Source: an uncultured Thermococci archaeon
Lineage (GTDB): Archaea; Methanobacteriota_B; Thermococci; Thermococcales; Thermococcaceae
Reading direction: 5' to 3'
NCBI GenBank assembly: GCA_964487115.1
Contig: CAZAPD010000055.1
Location: 1-40,164 of the forward strand
DNA: 40,164 bases
The stretch's first letter is position 1. Each line of letters starts with the position of its first letter. Positions 30,282 through 39,261 of this stretch are shown here, piece by piece. The notes beneath the pieces were generated by a model. That model made no database searches and was not told where the DNA came from. It saw only the letters and a program-made list of their open reading frames with translations. The position numbers and the translations under genes are program-made.

Positions 30282-31540
30282 GTCCTCTCACCAATCACTC
30301 TGTAAAGGATGTAGTAGATTATCATTGCTGTGATTATGCCGTTTATTGGGGCTATTCCCCATGAAATCTTTATTGCAGCTAAAGAACCCAGAATCCACGC
30401 TACAATGCCAGCCCAGTTTACGCCCGGATACTCCTTCCAGTTCTCTGCCTTTGCTCCTCTCATTATCCAGTAGTCTGCTATTAGGACACCTGCAACTGGG
30501 GGTATTGTTGCGGTCAGTATAGTGAGCCACTTAATAAAGTAGTTTAATATTCCTGCAACTGCCAGAATTGTCCCCAAAAGTCCGGCAACTGCTGTAGCCA
30601 GAGCTCTCTTTTCTCCAGAGAGATTAAACATGTTTGTGATGGCTAAACCACCTGAATATGCGTTTATGGTGTTTGTGGTCCATGTCGCAAGGATCAGGAT
30701 TATCAGGGCTATAGCGGATAGCCCCAGCTTTGATAAAACCTGAGTTATATCATAGGTACCTGCTACCACAGACATCACAGCACCCATTGATAGCATTAAT
30801 ATTCCTGCAGGCCACACTCCAAAGACTGAGGAAAGAACTGCATCTTTTCTGCTCTTGGCATACCTCGAGTAATCCGCCGCAATTGTAGCACCTACGGCAA
30901 ATGTTCCTACCGTCAATGCAATCCCTTGCAACAGAGGGAAGGGGTGGGGAGGTTGATATTTTGACAGGTTCTCAAGTCCGAACTTGGTGAGCGATACATA
31001 TGTACCATAGAGTGCCAAGATTAAGAGGGATGGAACAGCAACATAGTTGAGGTACTCAAGGGCTTTATATCCAACGATAGCCGTTGTGAGCATTATTATT
31101 CCCCATATAAGGGAAGATAGGCTCACTGAAACATTTATTCCCAGCCAGCTTTTGAGAATACTTGAAAATGCTGCACCTGCAATATTTGCCTGAACTCCAA
31201 ACCATCCGATTAGTGACACAGCTATTATCAGCGAAATCACTATTCTTGCTCCAGTAACTCCAAACGATGCCCTTGCTAAGACTGCTGTGGGCCTGCCTAA
31301 ATCCGCTCCCTGCATTCCAATGAAAACCATATATGCCACAACGATTGTATATCCAATTATACCGGCGAGTATTGCATTTCCCAAAGGCAACCCTGTAACG
31401 AGAGCACCGCCTATCATCAGAGCTGGGATACATATCATCACGCCAGTCCATATCAGTGCGATGCTGTACCATGGACTTCTCTCCTCTTTAGGTATCTCAT
31501 CCAAAGCATGTTTTTCAACAAATCCTTCATCTGTTCCCAT
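30278..31540 (-). CDS. NCS1 / cytosine permease (CodB-like) transporter
   Basis: About 12 TM segments; GWFGVQ, ADYSRY, TWTTN..NAYS, PPVAGVLIADY; GGAGG RBS before the ATG at 31540. Confidence 0.9.
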   Translation of the reverse strand: MGTDEGFVEKHALDEIPKEERSPWYSIALIWTGVMICIPALMIGGALVTGLPLGNAILAGIIGYTIVVAYMVFIGMQGADLGRPTAVLARASFGVTGARIVISLIIAVSLIGWFGVQANIAGAAFSSILKSWLGINVSVSLSSLIWGIIMLTTAIVGYKALEYLNYVAVPSLLILALYGTYVSLTKFGLENLSKYQPPHPFPLLQGIALTVGTFAVGATIAADYSRYAKSRKDAVLSSVFGVWPAGILMLSMGAVMSVVAGTYDITQVLSKLGLSAIALIILILATWTTNTINAYSGGLAITNMFNLSGEKRALATAVAGLLGTILAVAGILNYFIKWLTILTATIPPVAGVLIADYWIMRGAKAENWKEYPGVNWAGIVAWILGSLAAIKISWGIAPINGIITAMIIYYILYRVIGERT

Positions 31541-31577
31541 CGTCCTAACCTCCAAAAATTTATCAAAAAAATAAAAA

Positions 31578-33134
31578 TCATGCCTTAAGATACCCTGCAG
31601 CTTTCACCCGGATTCTCGTTGCATTTCCCGGCAGATAAGCGAGGGGAATCTCCTCAAAATTGACAATTTCGACTGTATTCGGGTCAGCACCTGCTTTGAT
31701 AGCTTCTTCAATGGCTTTCTTCTTTGCATCTTCAATCGCTCTCTCTCTTCCCAGCTGTTCAAGAGAATAAACTCTGTCAACCTCTCCACTAACTTGAGCT
31801 ATCGCTGCGCCTATTGCATTTGCAACATCAAAATTCTGCGGTCTGATGACTTTTGAAGCCCCTTTTATTTTGTTTGAGAGCAAAATACTGCCTCCTCCAA
31901 CCAGAATAACAGGAGTTGGTTCGGGACTTGTTTTTATCCTGTCGATAGCATCCTCAACCATGGCATCGATTCTGGCGATAGCCTTTGTGATGAGAGATTT
32001 GTCCAGATGCTGAACTCTGCTGACATCCCCGAGCTTGTATCTTCCAGCAGCAACTGCAATGTCTGTTGCAGTCAGCGTATTCCCACCGAAAATGAGAGCC
32101 TCTTCAACTATTCTGTAACCAACGCTCTCCGGACCAACTCTTACCTCATCTCTCTCAACACTGACTATACTGCCTCCTCCAAGACCTATGGAGATTAAAT
32201 CAGGCATTCTGAAGTTTGTTCTTACCCCTCCGATTTCCACTGCAACTGCCGACTCTCTTGGAAAACCATTGACTAAAATTCCGATATCCGACGTTGTTCC
32301 GCCAACATCAACCACAATGGCATTCTTTTCATTTGAGAGGAACGCAGCTCCCCTTAAACTGTTAGTTGGACCTGATGCAATGGTTAAAACTGGATATTTC
32401 ACTGCATAATCTGCAGACATTAGTGTTCCATCGTTCTGGGTTATGTATAGTTTTGCATGCACTCCTTTCTCTTCTAAAGCATCTTCGAATCCACGAACTG
32501 CATTTTTCATTACCTTTGTAACAGCAGCATTCAGTATTGCTGCATTTTCCCTTTCCAGCAAACCAATGCTACCAATTTCATGGGAAAGCGTTATTGCCAC
32601 CGAATCCTCAAGAGCCTCTTGGAATATTTCGGCAGCTTTCTCTTCATGCTCAGAATTAACCGGTGAGAACACTGAGGAGATGGCAATTGCCTCTATATTT
32701 TTGCTTTTAAGTTCATTGGCAATTCTCTTCAGTTCAGACTCATCAAGGGGTGCAATCTCTCTTCCATCGTATTCATGGCCTCCCTGAACAATGTAGACAT
32801 GCTTCCCCAAATTTTCCCTTAAGTCCTCTGGCCATCCTGTCAGAGGGGCAATTGCTAAAGTTGCAGGCTTCCCTATTCTAATAATAGCAATTTCTGCAAG
32901 GTTCTTCCTCTCAACTATAGCATTGGTAGCGTGGGTTGTTCCGAGCATCGCATATTTGATTTCACTGGGATCAATCCCGCTTTCACTCAGGACTTTTTCT
33001 AAGGAGTTTAAAATGCCCGTCATGACATCGGGAGTTGTTGGAGACTTTGCCTTTGCCAGTACACTGTTGTTCTCATCCAGAATGACTGCATCGGTGTTTG
33101 TTCCTCCAACATCTATACCAAGTCTAAGCGTCAT
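31578..33134 (-). CDS. Hydantoinase/oxoprolinase A-type (ASKHA) protein
   Basis: GIDVGGTNTD, GTTHATNA, SGPTNS, DVGGTTSD, GLGGGS, GPESVG, ANAIGAA. Confidence 0.9.
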   Translation of the reverse strand: MTLRLGIDVGGTNTDAVILDENNSVLAKAKSPTTPDVMTGILNSLEKVLSESGIDPSEIKYAMLGTTHATNAIVERKNLAEIAIIRIGKPATLAIAPLTGWPEDLRENLGKHVYIVQGGHEYDGREIAPLDESELKRIANELKSKNIEAIAISSVFSPVNSEHEEKAAEIFQEALEDSVAITLSHEIGSIGLLERENAAILNAAVTKVMKNAVRGFEDALEEKGVHAKLYITQNDGTLMSADYAVKYPVLTIASGPTNSLRGAAFLSNEKNAIVVDVGGTTSDIGILVNGFPRESAVAVEIGGVRTNFRMPDLISIGLGGGSIVSVERDEVRVGPESVGYRIVEEALIFGGNTLTATDIAVAAGRYKLGDVSRVQHLDKSLITKAIARIDAMVEDAIDRIKTSPEPTPVILVGGGSILLSNKIKGASKVIRPQNFDVANAIGAAIAQVSGEVDRVYSLEQLGRERAIEDAKKKAIEEAIKAGADPNTVEIVNFEEIPLAYLPGNATRIRVKAAGYLKA

Positions 33135-34228
33135 TTACCTCCCTCCATACGCTTTTCAATTGGGATGTAGTCGATATCATAGCCGAAGTACCTCGGTCCT
33201 GCGACTTCCAGCCCCTTGGCTGTTCTCCACTTTTCACTGCAGGGTATTCCAATCACGACACCTCTGTAGCCATACCTGAGGCTCTCTGTAGTAATCGGCT
33301 TGCCTGTTGTCAGGTCAAGAACAGTTATCAGGTCTGGAACGCTTGCCACTATTCTGCCGTCCAATATTGCGACGAGATTTTCATTCTGAAACTGTATTTT
33401 CAATGTGTGTCCTTTATACTCGTCCAATCCTTCGAAAACAGCCTCTCCACGGGCGAATCCTCCAGTAGTTCTCCTTGAGACGTCGATTATTTTGCCCTTG
33501 AATATTCTAAATCCACCGGAAACTTCTAAAATGGCATCAATTGGGTCTTCTTTTGATTCTTTGCTTTCTCTTATTGCCTCTCCAAGCTTCTGGGCTAAAG
33601 TTAACGTCCCCGGAATAGCGGCTTCTTTTAATTGTTTTCCTGTCATGGCATACAGTGCAATCCATGCCGTTCCTCCAAATTTTATGGTAATGGTTCTCGC
33701 CAGCCACTCAGCCCAGTAGTTATCAGCCGCTCTGAGAAGCACTACATTGTCCCTTTCATCGGCGAGAGCCATTGGAGTTGCAGGCACACCATATAGGTGA
33801 AACGTTGTCATCTGAAGCTCCGGAAATGCTCTACCCATCCCATCAGCATCCACAACAGGAATTCCCGCTCTCGCACCCACAGCCAGAGGAATTGTGGAGT
33901 TGAGACCACCAGCCTCTATAGGGAGCGTTGCATAGACTTCACGTCCAAGATAATCACTGAGAACCTTAAATGCATTCATAACCTCTGTTCCTCGTGGAAT
34001 CTTCTCAACTATAACAGTAGGAGCCCCCATGCCGGCGGATGGAATCACAAGGGCATCATCCGGAATCTCCCTGGGATTTAAGAGAGTTATCTCATGGCCT
34101 TCTTTCAACGCAGAAAGAGCCATTAGCTTTCCTATATAAGGATCACCACCACCTCCTGTCCCAAGGACAGTAGCACCCAAAGCGAGATCCTCGATTGCCT
34201 GTTCATCTAAAGTTTTAATTTCTACCAC
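33131..34228 (-). CDS. DUF917 family protein
   Basis: LGTGGGGDP, GAPT...EK, EAGGLN, DADGMGRAFPELQM, FQNEN, VPDLI; start ambiguous (GTG 34228 or ATT 34219). Confidence 0.88.
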   Translation of the reverse strand: MVEIKTLDEQAIEDLALGATVLGTGGGGDPYIGKLMALSALKEGHEITLLNPREIPDDALVIPSAGMGAPTVIVEKIPRGTEVMNAFKVLSDYLGREVYATLPIEAGGLNSTIPLAVGARAGIPVVDADGMGRAFPELQMTTFHLYGVPATPMALADERDNVVLLRAADNYWAEWLARTITIKFGGTAWIALYAMTGKQLKEAAIPGTLTLAQKLGEAIRESKESKEDPIDAILEVSGGFRIFKGKIIDVSRRTTGGFARGEAVFEGLDEYKGHTLKIQFQNENLVAILDGRIVASVPDLITVLDLTTGKPITTESLRYGYRGVVIGIPCSEKWRTAKGLEVAGPRYFGYDIDYIPIEKRMEGGK

Positions 34229-34269
34229 CTCCTCGTTGAAAGTTATCAAATATGGCAAATAACGAATTT

Positions 34270-34340
34270 AGTTCAACATTTTTATAAATTTTGTTCAAGA
34301 ATCGTCATTATTTCTGTCCATTAATGGTTGAATGTTCAAA
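34270..34340. promoter_or_regulatory. Divergent promoter region with repeated GTTCAA motifs (candidate Lrp operator)
   Basis: gttcaa at 34271 and 34293 (22 bp apart) flanking tttataaa; palindrome ttgaa-tg-ttcaa at 34328-34339. Confidence 0.4.
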
Positions 34341-34455
34341 AAATACGTTGATTTTCTAAATACGCTGATGATTTAAGTTATGCATTACAGAATCTTCATG
34401 GGGATTAGTGCAAGATTTTTAAAGAAAAACATCAATAATGTTCGGAGATGACACC

Positions 34456-34977
34456 ATGACTGCAGGATTTAAACATGATGTGAATGTTGAAGAACTGAAT
34501 TTTTGGAAGAGCGTCTTCAGGGGAATTTTGAATGATATTGATATTAGGATATATTTCCTGCTCAGGGATAATGGGAGAATGAGCGACACTGAAATCGCAA
34601 GAAAGCTTGGAGTTTCAGCAACAACGATCAGACGGAGGAGAATTGCTCTACAAGAAAAGGGCTATCTTCAGATTCTGGGCATTCTAATTCTCCAAGAACT
34701 CCATATGGCATACATGGATGTTCTGGTTAAGTTCAATCAAAACGTGTCAAGTGATGAAATTGAACGATTCATCAGTGATGCTAAAAGGAACTACAGAATA
34801 TTTGAAATTGCAGAGTATGCAGGCAGGTACGACGTTCTCTTGAGATTTTTTGAGAGGGACATGCATGCTTTAACAAGGAGCATACATGAGTTCATGTCAA
34901 GGCATCCATATGTTGATGATTATGAAATCCTGCCAATTACGAGAAGTCCAAAAGCCTTTGCCAAAAAGTTGAAGTAA
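34456..34977 (+). CDS. Lrp/AsnC family transcriptional regulator
   Basis: DIDIRI..LLRDNGRMSDTEIARKLGVSATTIRRR; GRYDVLL. Confidence 0.9.
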   Translation: MTAGFKHDVNVEELNFWKSVFRGILNDIDIRIYFLLRDNGRMSDTEIARKLGVSATTIRRRRIALQEKGYLQILGILILQELHMAYMDVLVKFNQNVSSDEIERFISDAKRNYRIFEIAEYAGRYDVLLRFFERDMHALTRSIHEFMSRHPYVDDYEILPITRSPKAFAKKLK

Positions 34978-34980
34978 GAA

Positions 34981-35697
34981 CTACAGATGTTCCTTCATCA
35001 AAGCTCCATATTCTTTATATTTTTCCTTTATCCCCAGAGTTTTAAGGGTGAGCCACATAGAAGCCTGATTGCTCGTGATTACTGGAACTCCCAAATCAGT
35101 TTCTAATATGTCTATAATCTCAATGCTCCTAAAATTTGTGCAACTTATGAAAATCCCATCAGTGTTTGATGTATAAACGCTCTTAGCAAGCTTATATGCA
35201 GCCCATGGCTCCTGTCTCCCAATTTCGATGTTCTTTACCAATCCCAAACCTTTTATTCTAATGACCTCTATGCCGTTATCCTCTAAAAACTGCTTCTCCT
35301 TTGCGTTCACCTCATCAATATATGGCGTTGCAACGGCAACTTTAGAGATTCCAATTTCCCTTAAAGCCTCCACCACTGCGGTAGAGGTAGTTACTGCTCT
35401 AATCCCAGAGTGTTTTTCAAGTTCTTGAGATATCTGTCTGTCATAGCCTTTGCCCTTCACTAAACTCCCTGTTGTACAGCCATACATTATAATGTCTACT
35501 CCAGCGTCTGCCAACCTCTCTGCAGCATCCTTAGCATAAGCTTCCATTTTTATCAAAGCTTCTTCAGTGACATCAGTTAAATTCATTCTTGCCGTGTGAA
35601 TTGAAACGCCCTTGGGAGCCATTTTCCAGAACTCCGGCTCCATGGTTGTGTTGGAGGAAGGAACTATTAACCCGATTCTCAACCTCCAGCCGTACAT
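34981..35697 (-). CDS. Maleate isomerase/arylmalonate decarboxylase-like Asp/Glu racemase superfamily protein
   Basis: GLIVPSSNTTME, YGCTTGS, VATPY, ISCTN, TSNQA. Confidence 0.88.
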   Translation of the reverse strand: MYGWRLRIGLIVPSSNTTMEPEFWKMAPKGVSIHTARMNLTDVTEEALIKMEAYAKDAAERLADAGVDIIMYGCTTGSLVKGKGYDRQISQELEKHSGIRAVTTSTAVVEALREIGISKVAVATPYIDEVNAKEKQFLEDNGIEVIRIKGLGLVKNIEIGRQEPWAAYKLAKSVYTSNTDGIFISCTNFRSIEIIDILETDLGVPVITSNQASMWLTLKTLGIKEKYKEYGALMKEHL

Positions 35698-35734
35698 GTG
35701 GGGTCACCTCGTTATGAAGAAAGAAAAAGGAGCA

Positions 35735-36985
35735 TCACATCAATCCTAAAGCCTTTAAAATTAGTCTGATACCTAAAACGGTTGCTGTAATTACTGCAAC
35801 ACTACCGAGAACATTGCTTATTAAACCATTTGTATATTCTCCGAGATATTCCTTCTTGTTTGCCGCATAGAGGAGCATCCAAGCTACTATTGGCAGGAGA
35901 ACACCGTTCACAGCTTGAGCAAAGATTATTGCCTCAATCGGTGACCTCCCTGTTGCGAAAACCATTGTGCCAAATCCGAGACCTGAAAGCATTATGAGCA
36001 TGAGCCAGAGCCTGAAGTATTTGTCCTTCATATCTCTGGGCAGGCCTAAAGACTGCTGAATCGCATATGCTCCAGCCAAGGGTGCGGTAACTGCAGAGGT
36101 CATACCTGCTGCAAAGAGACCAAGAGCAAAAAACACTGCAGCTCCTTTGCCCAACAACGGCTCCAGCTGAACTGCCATATCTCCAGCGGATTTTATTGTT
36201 ATTCCCTGAGGATGCAGGACAGCTGCAGCTGTTATCAGAATAGCCCAGCTGAAAAGACCTCCGAGAAAGATTCCAATTCCAGCATCCCAGCGCATTATCT
36301 TTATGCCTTCCCACCCTTTCCAACCTTTTTCTAAAACTGAGGAGGAGTGCAGGAAGAGATTGTAGGGAACTACTGTTGTGCCTATCAATGCCAGCACTAT
36401 TGTTAGGGCTCCTCCGGGAATGCTTGGTTTTATTAGGTGCACAGCAACCTGTCCCCAGTCAGGTTTTGCCGCAAACATGTCAATGAGGAATGCAAATCCC
36501 ATTATCACAACTAAAATCGTTAGAAACTTCTCAACCAGTTTATAACTTCCTGTCCAAAGTAAAATCGTGGCTATAATAGCAATTATCCACAGCCACAGAA
36601 TGGCAGAGCTACCCAGTATCGCATTCAAACCAATAGCCGCTCCTGTTAAGTTTCCGGTTTGGAACGCTGCGTTCCCAACACCTATTGCCAGAACCACGAG
36701 GAGTGCAGCGATCTTATTTACTGTGGGGTTGTTTGAAAGGCTTGTTCTGATAAACTCAGCTAAGGGCTTGCCTGTTGCAATAGCGATTCTTGCAGACATC
36801 TCCTGAAGTACAATTGTTGCAAATACCGAGAAAGTCAATGCCCAAAGAAGAACATAGCCATATTTGGCACCTGATGAGGATGTTGTTGTTACTGTTCCGG
36901 GCCCTACGAAGGCAGCTGTGACTATTAAACCGGGACCAAGGGCTTTTAATATAGTTTTCCAAGAAACATGTGTATTCTTTTCCAT
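35735..36985 (-). CDS. NRAMP-related (YcsG-like) transporter
   Basis: GPGLIVTAAFVGPGTVTT, LQEMSAR, IGTTVVPYNLFLHS; GGGGTG RBS before the ATG at 36985. Confidence 0.88.
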   Translation of the reverse strand: MEKNTHVSWKTILKALGPGLIVTAAFVGPGTVTTTSSSGAKYGYVLLWALTFSVFATIVLQEMSARIAIATGKPLAEFIRTSLSNNPTVNKIAALLVVLAIGVGNAAFQTGNLTGAAIGLNAILGSSAILWLWIIAIIATILLWTGSYKLVEKFLTILVVIMGFAFLIDMFAAKPDWGQVAVHLIKPSIPGGALTIVLALIGTTVVPYNLFLHSSSVLEKGWKGWEGIKIMRWDAGIGIFLGGLFSWAILITAAAVLHPQGITIKSAGDMAVQLEPLLGKGAAVFFALGLFAAGMTSAVTAPLAGAYAIQQSLGLPRDMKDKYFRLWLMLIMLSGLGFGTMVFATGRSPIEAIIFAQAVNGVLLPIVAWMLLYAANKKEYLGEYTNGLISNVLGSVAVITATVLGIRLILKALGLM

Positions 36986-37194
36986 TCTTACACCCCCTGT
37001 AAGCCGAAAGCTGGATTTCAAATAGATCATGGGGGAACATATTTTATAACATTTCTGGCATAAAATTGATATAAATCCCACATATTGATACGTTAATGCA
37101 CATGTATAATGTAAAAATCCTGCATCCATAAATGCATGGACTCACACATAGGACTTTTAAGTTAGTTGGAATCTATAGTATCTTGGTGATGCTC

Positions 37195-37959
37195 ATGAAA
37201 GTTGACCTCAATTCTGATCTCGGCGAAAGCTTTGGAAGATACAAACTCGGCATGGACGAGGAAGTCATGAAATACATCACATCAGCCAACGTTGCATGCG
37301 GCTGGCACGCTGGAGATCCATTGGTAATGAGAAAAACCGTAAAGCTTGCAAAAGAAAACGGCGTTGAAGTGGGTGCTCACCCAGGCTACCCAGACCTCAT
37401 GGGCTTTGGTAGGAGATACATGAAGATAAGGAGAGAAGAAGCGAGGAATTATATTCTTTACCAAATTGGAGCTTTATATGCATTTGTTAAAGCTGAGGGC
37501 TTAACTTTGCAACATGTTAAACCCCATGGAGCTCTCTATAATGCTTTAGTCAAAGATGAAGAGCTTGCAAGGGGAGTTCTTGAGGGGATAGCAGATTTTG
37601 ACAAAAAGCTGATTTTTGTGGGGTTATCACTCTCAAAACCCTTGGAGATTGCCGAGGAGATGGGGCTTAAAGTTGCCCATGAGGTCTTTGCCGATAGGGC
37701 TTACAATCCAGATGGAACCTTAGTTCCAAGGAGCAAAGAGGGTGCAGTAATTCACGATAAGGAGCTTATAGCGGAAAGAGTAATTTCAATGGTCAAGGAT
37801 GGTGGCGTTAAAGCAATCAACGGTGAGTGGATTGAGCTTAAAGCTGATACAATTTGCGTTCACGGGGACAATCCAAAAGCTCTTGAGATTACAGCATACA
37901 TTAGAAAGCGCTTAGAGGAAGAAGGAATCAAGATTGTGCCAATGATAAACATAGTGTAG
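37195..37959 (+). CDS. pxpA: 5-oxoprolinase subunit A (LamB/YcsF)
   Basis: [42 protein letters not shown]. Confidence 0.95.
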   Translation: MKVDLNSDLGESFGRYKLGMDEEVMKYITSANVACGWHAGDPLVMRKTVKLAKENGVEVGAHPGYPDLMGFGRRYMKIRREEARNYILYQIGALYAFVKAEGLTLQHVKPHGALYNALVKDEELARGVLEGIADFDKKLIFVGLSLSKPLEIAEEMGLKVAHEVFADRAYNPDGTLVPRSKEGAVIHDKELIAERVISMVKDGGVKAINGEWIELKADTICVHGDNPKALEITAYIRKRLEEEGIKIVPMINIV

Positions 37960-38005
37960 CAATAAATTTTAAGGAATATGAAGACAACCTGTTGGAGGGA
38001 AAATT

Positions 38006-38197
38006 ATGGGTGTGGTAGAAGCAATTTACGAAAATGGTGTGTTTAGACCTCTCAAGAAAGTAAAGGCACCAAAAAGAGTTAAGCTGATAATACTCAAAGA
38101 CTTTGAAAGGGACTTAGAGGAAGTTTTTGGCATCCTCAAAGAGGACATAGACATCAAAAAACTCAGAAGTGAGTGGGATAGGGATGTATTTAGTTGA
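38006..38197 (+). CDS. vapB: AF2212/DUF104-type antitoxin
   Basis: VVEAIYENGVFRPLKKV signature; overlaps the PIN gene. Confidence 0.88.
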   Translation: MGVVEAIYENGVFRPLKKVKAPKRVKLIILKDFERDLEEVFGILKEDIDIKKLRSEWDRDVFS

Positions 38198-38561
38198 TAC
38201 CGATGTTATAATTGACATTCTCAGAGGCGTCAAGGGGTCAAAGGAGTTTCTGCTGGATTTATCAAAGGAAGGACTCTTTCTTTCAGTAATCAGCATGGCG
38301 GAAATATTTTCAGGGAAGGAGACAAGGGATCCAATAAAACATGAAAAAATACTGAGGTTTCTCTCCCATTTTGAAGTGGTACCTTTAACTCAAGAAATTG
38401 CTATTCTGGGAGGAGCAATAAGAAGGGACTACCAAATCGGCTTGGCTGATGCATTGATTGCTGCGACTGCAATTCACAATGGATTAACGGTGGTAACCCA
38501 CAACACAAAACATTTTGAGAGAGTTGAAGGTTTGAAAATTTTAAAACCGGACTACAGGTGA
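38184..38561 (+). CDS. vapC: VapC PIN-domain toxin
   Basis: YLVDTDVII, SMAEI, LADALIAATA, THNTKHF. Confidence 0.92.
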   Translation: MYLVDTDVIIDILRGVKGSKEFLLDLSKEGLFLSVISMAEIFSGKETRDPIKHEKILRFLSHFEVVPLTQEIAILGGAIRRDYQIGLADALIAATAIHNGLTVVTHNTKHFERVEGLKILKPDYR

Positions 38562-38565
38562 TTTC

Positions 38566-39261
38566 ATGTTCCCTCAGTTCAAGCCTGCAGGTGACTCTGC
38601 TTTAGTTATTATTTTTGGAGATAGAATAGATGAGGGAATTAACAAAAAAGTCCATGCAGTTGCCAATGCCATAGAAAAGACCTCTCCAGACTGGCTTATT
38701 GAAGTTGTTCCCACCTATACAAGCATCTATGTGTATTATGACCCACTCAAGCTCGGCTATCAAGAAGCCCTCGATACCATTAAGCCTTTCCTCTCAGCGG
38801 AACCAAAAGAGGAAAAGCCAAGGATTGTAGAAATTCCGACGGTCTATGGTGGAGAATTTGGACCAGATATTGAGTTTGTGGCACAGCACAATGGCTTAAC
38901 TATTGATGATGTCATCGAAATTCACTCAAAGCCACTCTACAGAGTTTACATGCTTGGATTTACGCCGGGATTTGCTTATCTTGGGGGAATGGATGAAAGG
39001 ATTGCAACTCCTCGTTTAGAAAAGCCACGCTTGAAAGTGCCAGCGGGGAGTGTTGGCATAGCCGGGAAGCAGACAGGGATTTATCCCATAGAAAGCCCCG
39101 GCGGATGGAGACTGATTGGGAGAACACCGCTGAGACTTTTCACTCCAGAGAAAAATCCACCAACTCTGTTACAGCCGGGTGATTACGTCAAGTTCGTACC
39201 GATAAGTGAGAAAGAGTTTTGGGAAATTTATAGAGAGAGTGGGGCGAACAGAAATGATTGA
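38566..39261 (+). CDS. pxpB: 5-oxoprolinase subunit B (KipI)
   Basis: PAGDSAL, VPTY, GFTPGFAYL, PAGSVGIAG, SPGGWRLIGRT. Confidence 0.95.
   Translation: MFPQFKPAGDSALVIIFGDRIDEGINKKVHAVANAIEKTSPDWLIEVVPTYTSIYVYYDPLKLGYQEALDTIKPFLSAEPKEEKPRIVEIPTVYGGEFGPDIEFVAQHNGLTIDDVIEIHSKPLYRVYMLGFTPGFAYLGGMDERIATPRLEKPRLKVPAGSVGIAGKQTGIYPIESPGGWRLIGRTPLRLFTPEKNPPTLLQPGDYVKFVPISEKEFWEIYRESGANRND

Noticed and set aside
36986..37194. N-terminal extensions of the NRAMP and PxpA ORFs given in the ORF track
   Set aside because: RBS positions and family N-termini support starts at 36985 and 37195; the interval is a divergent promoter region.
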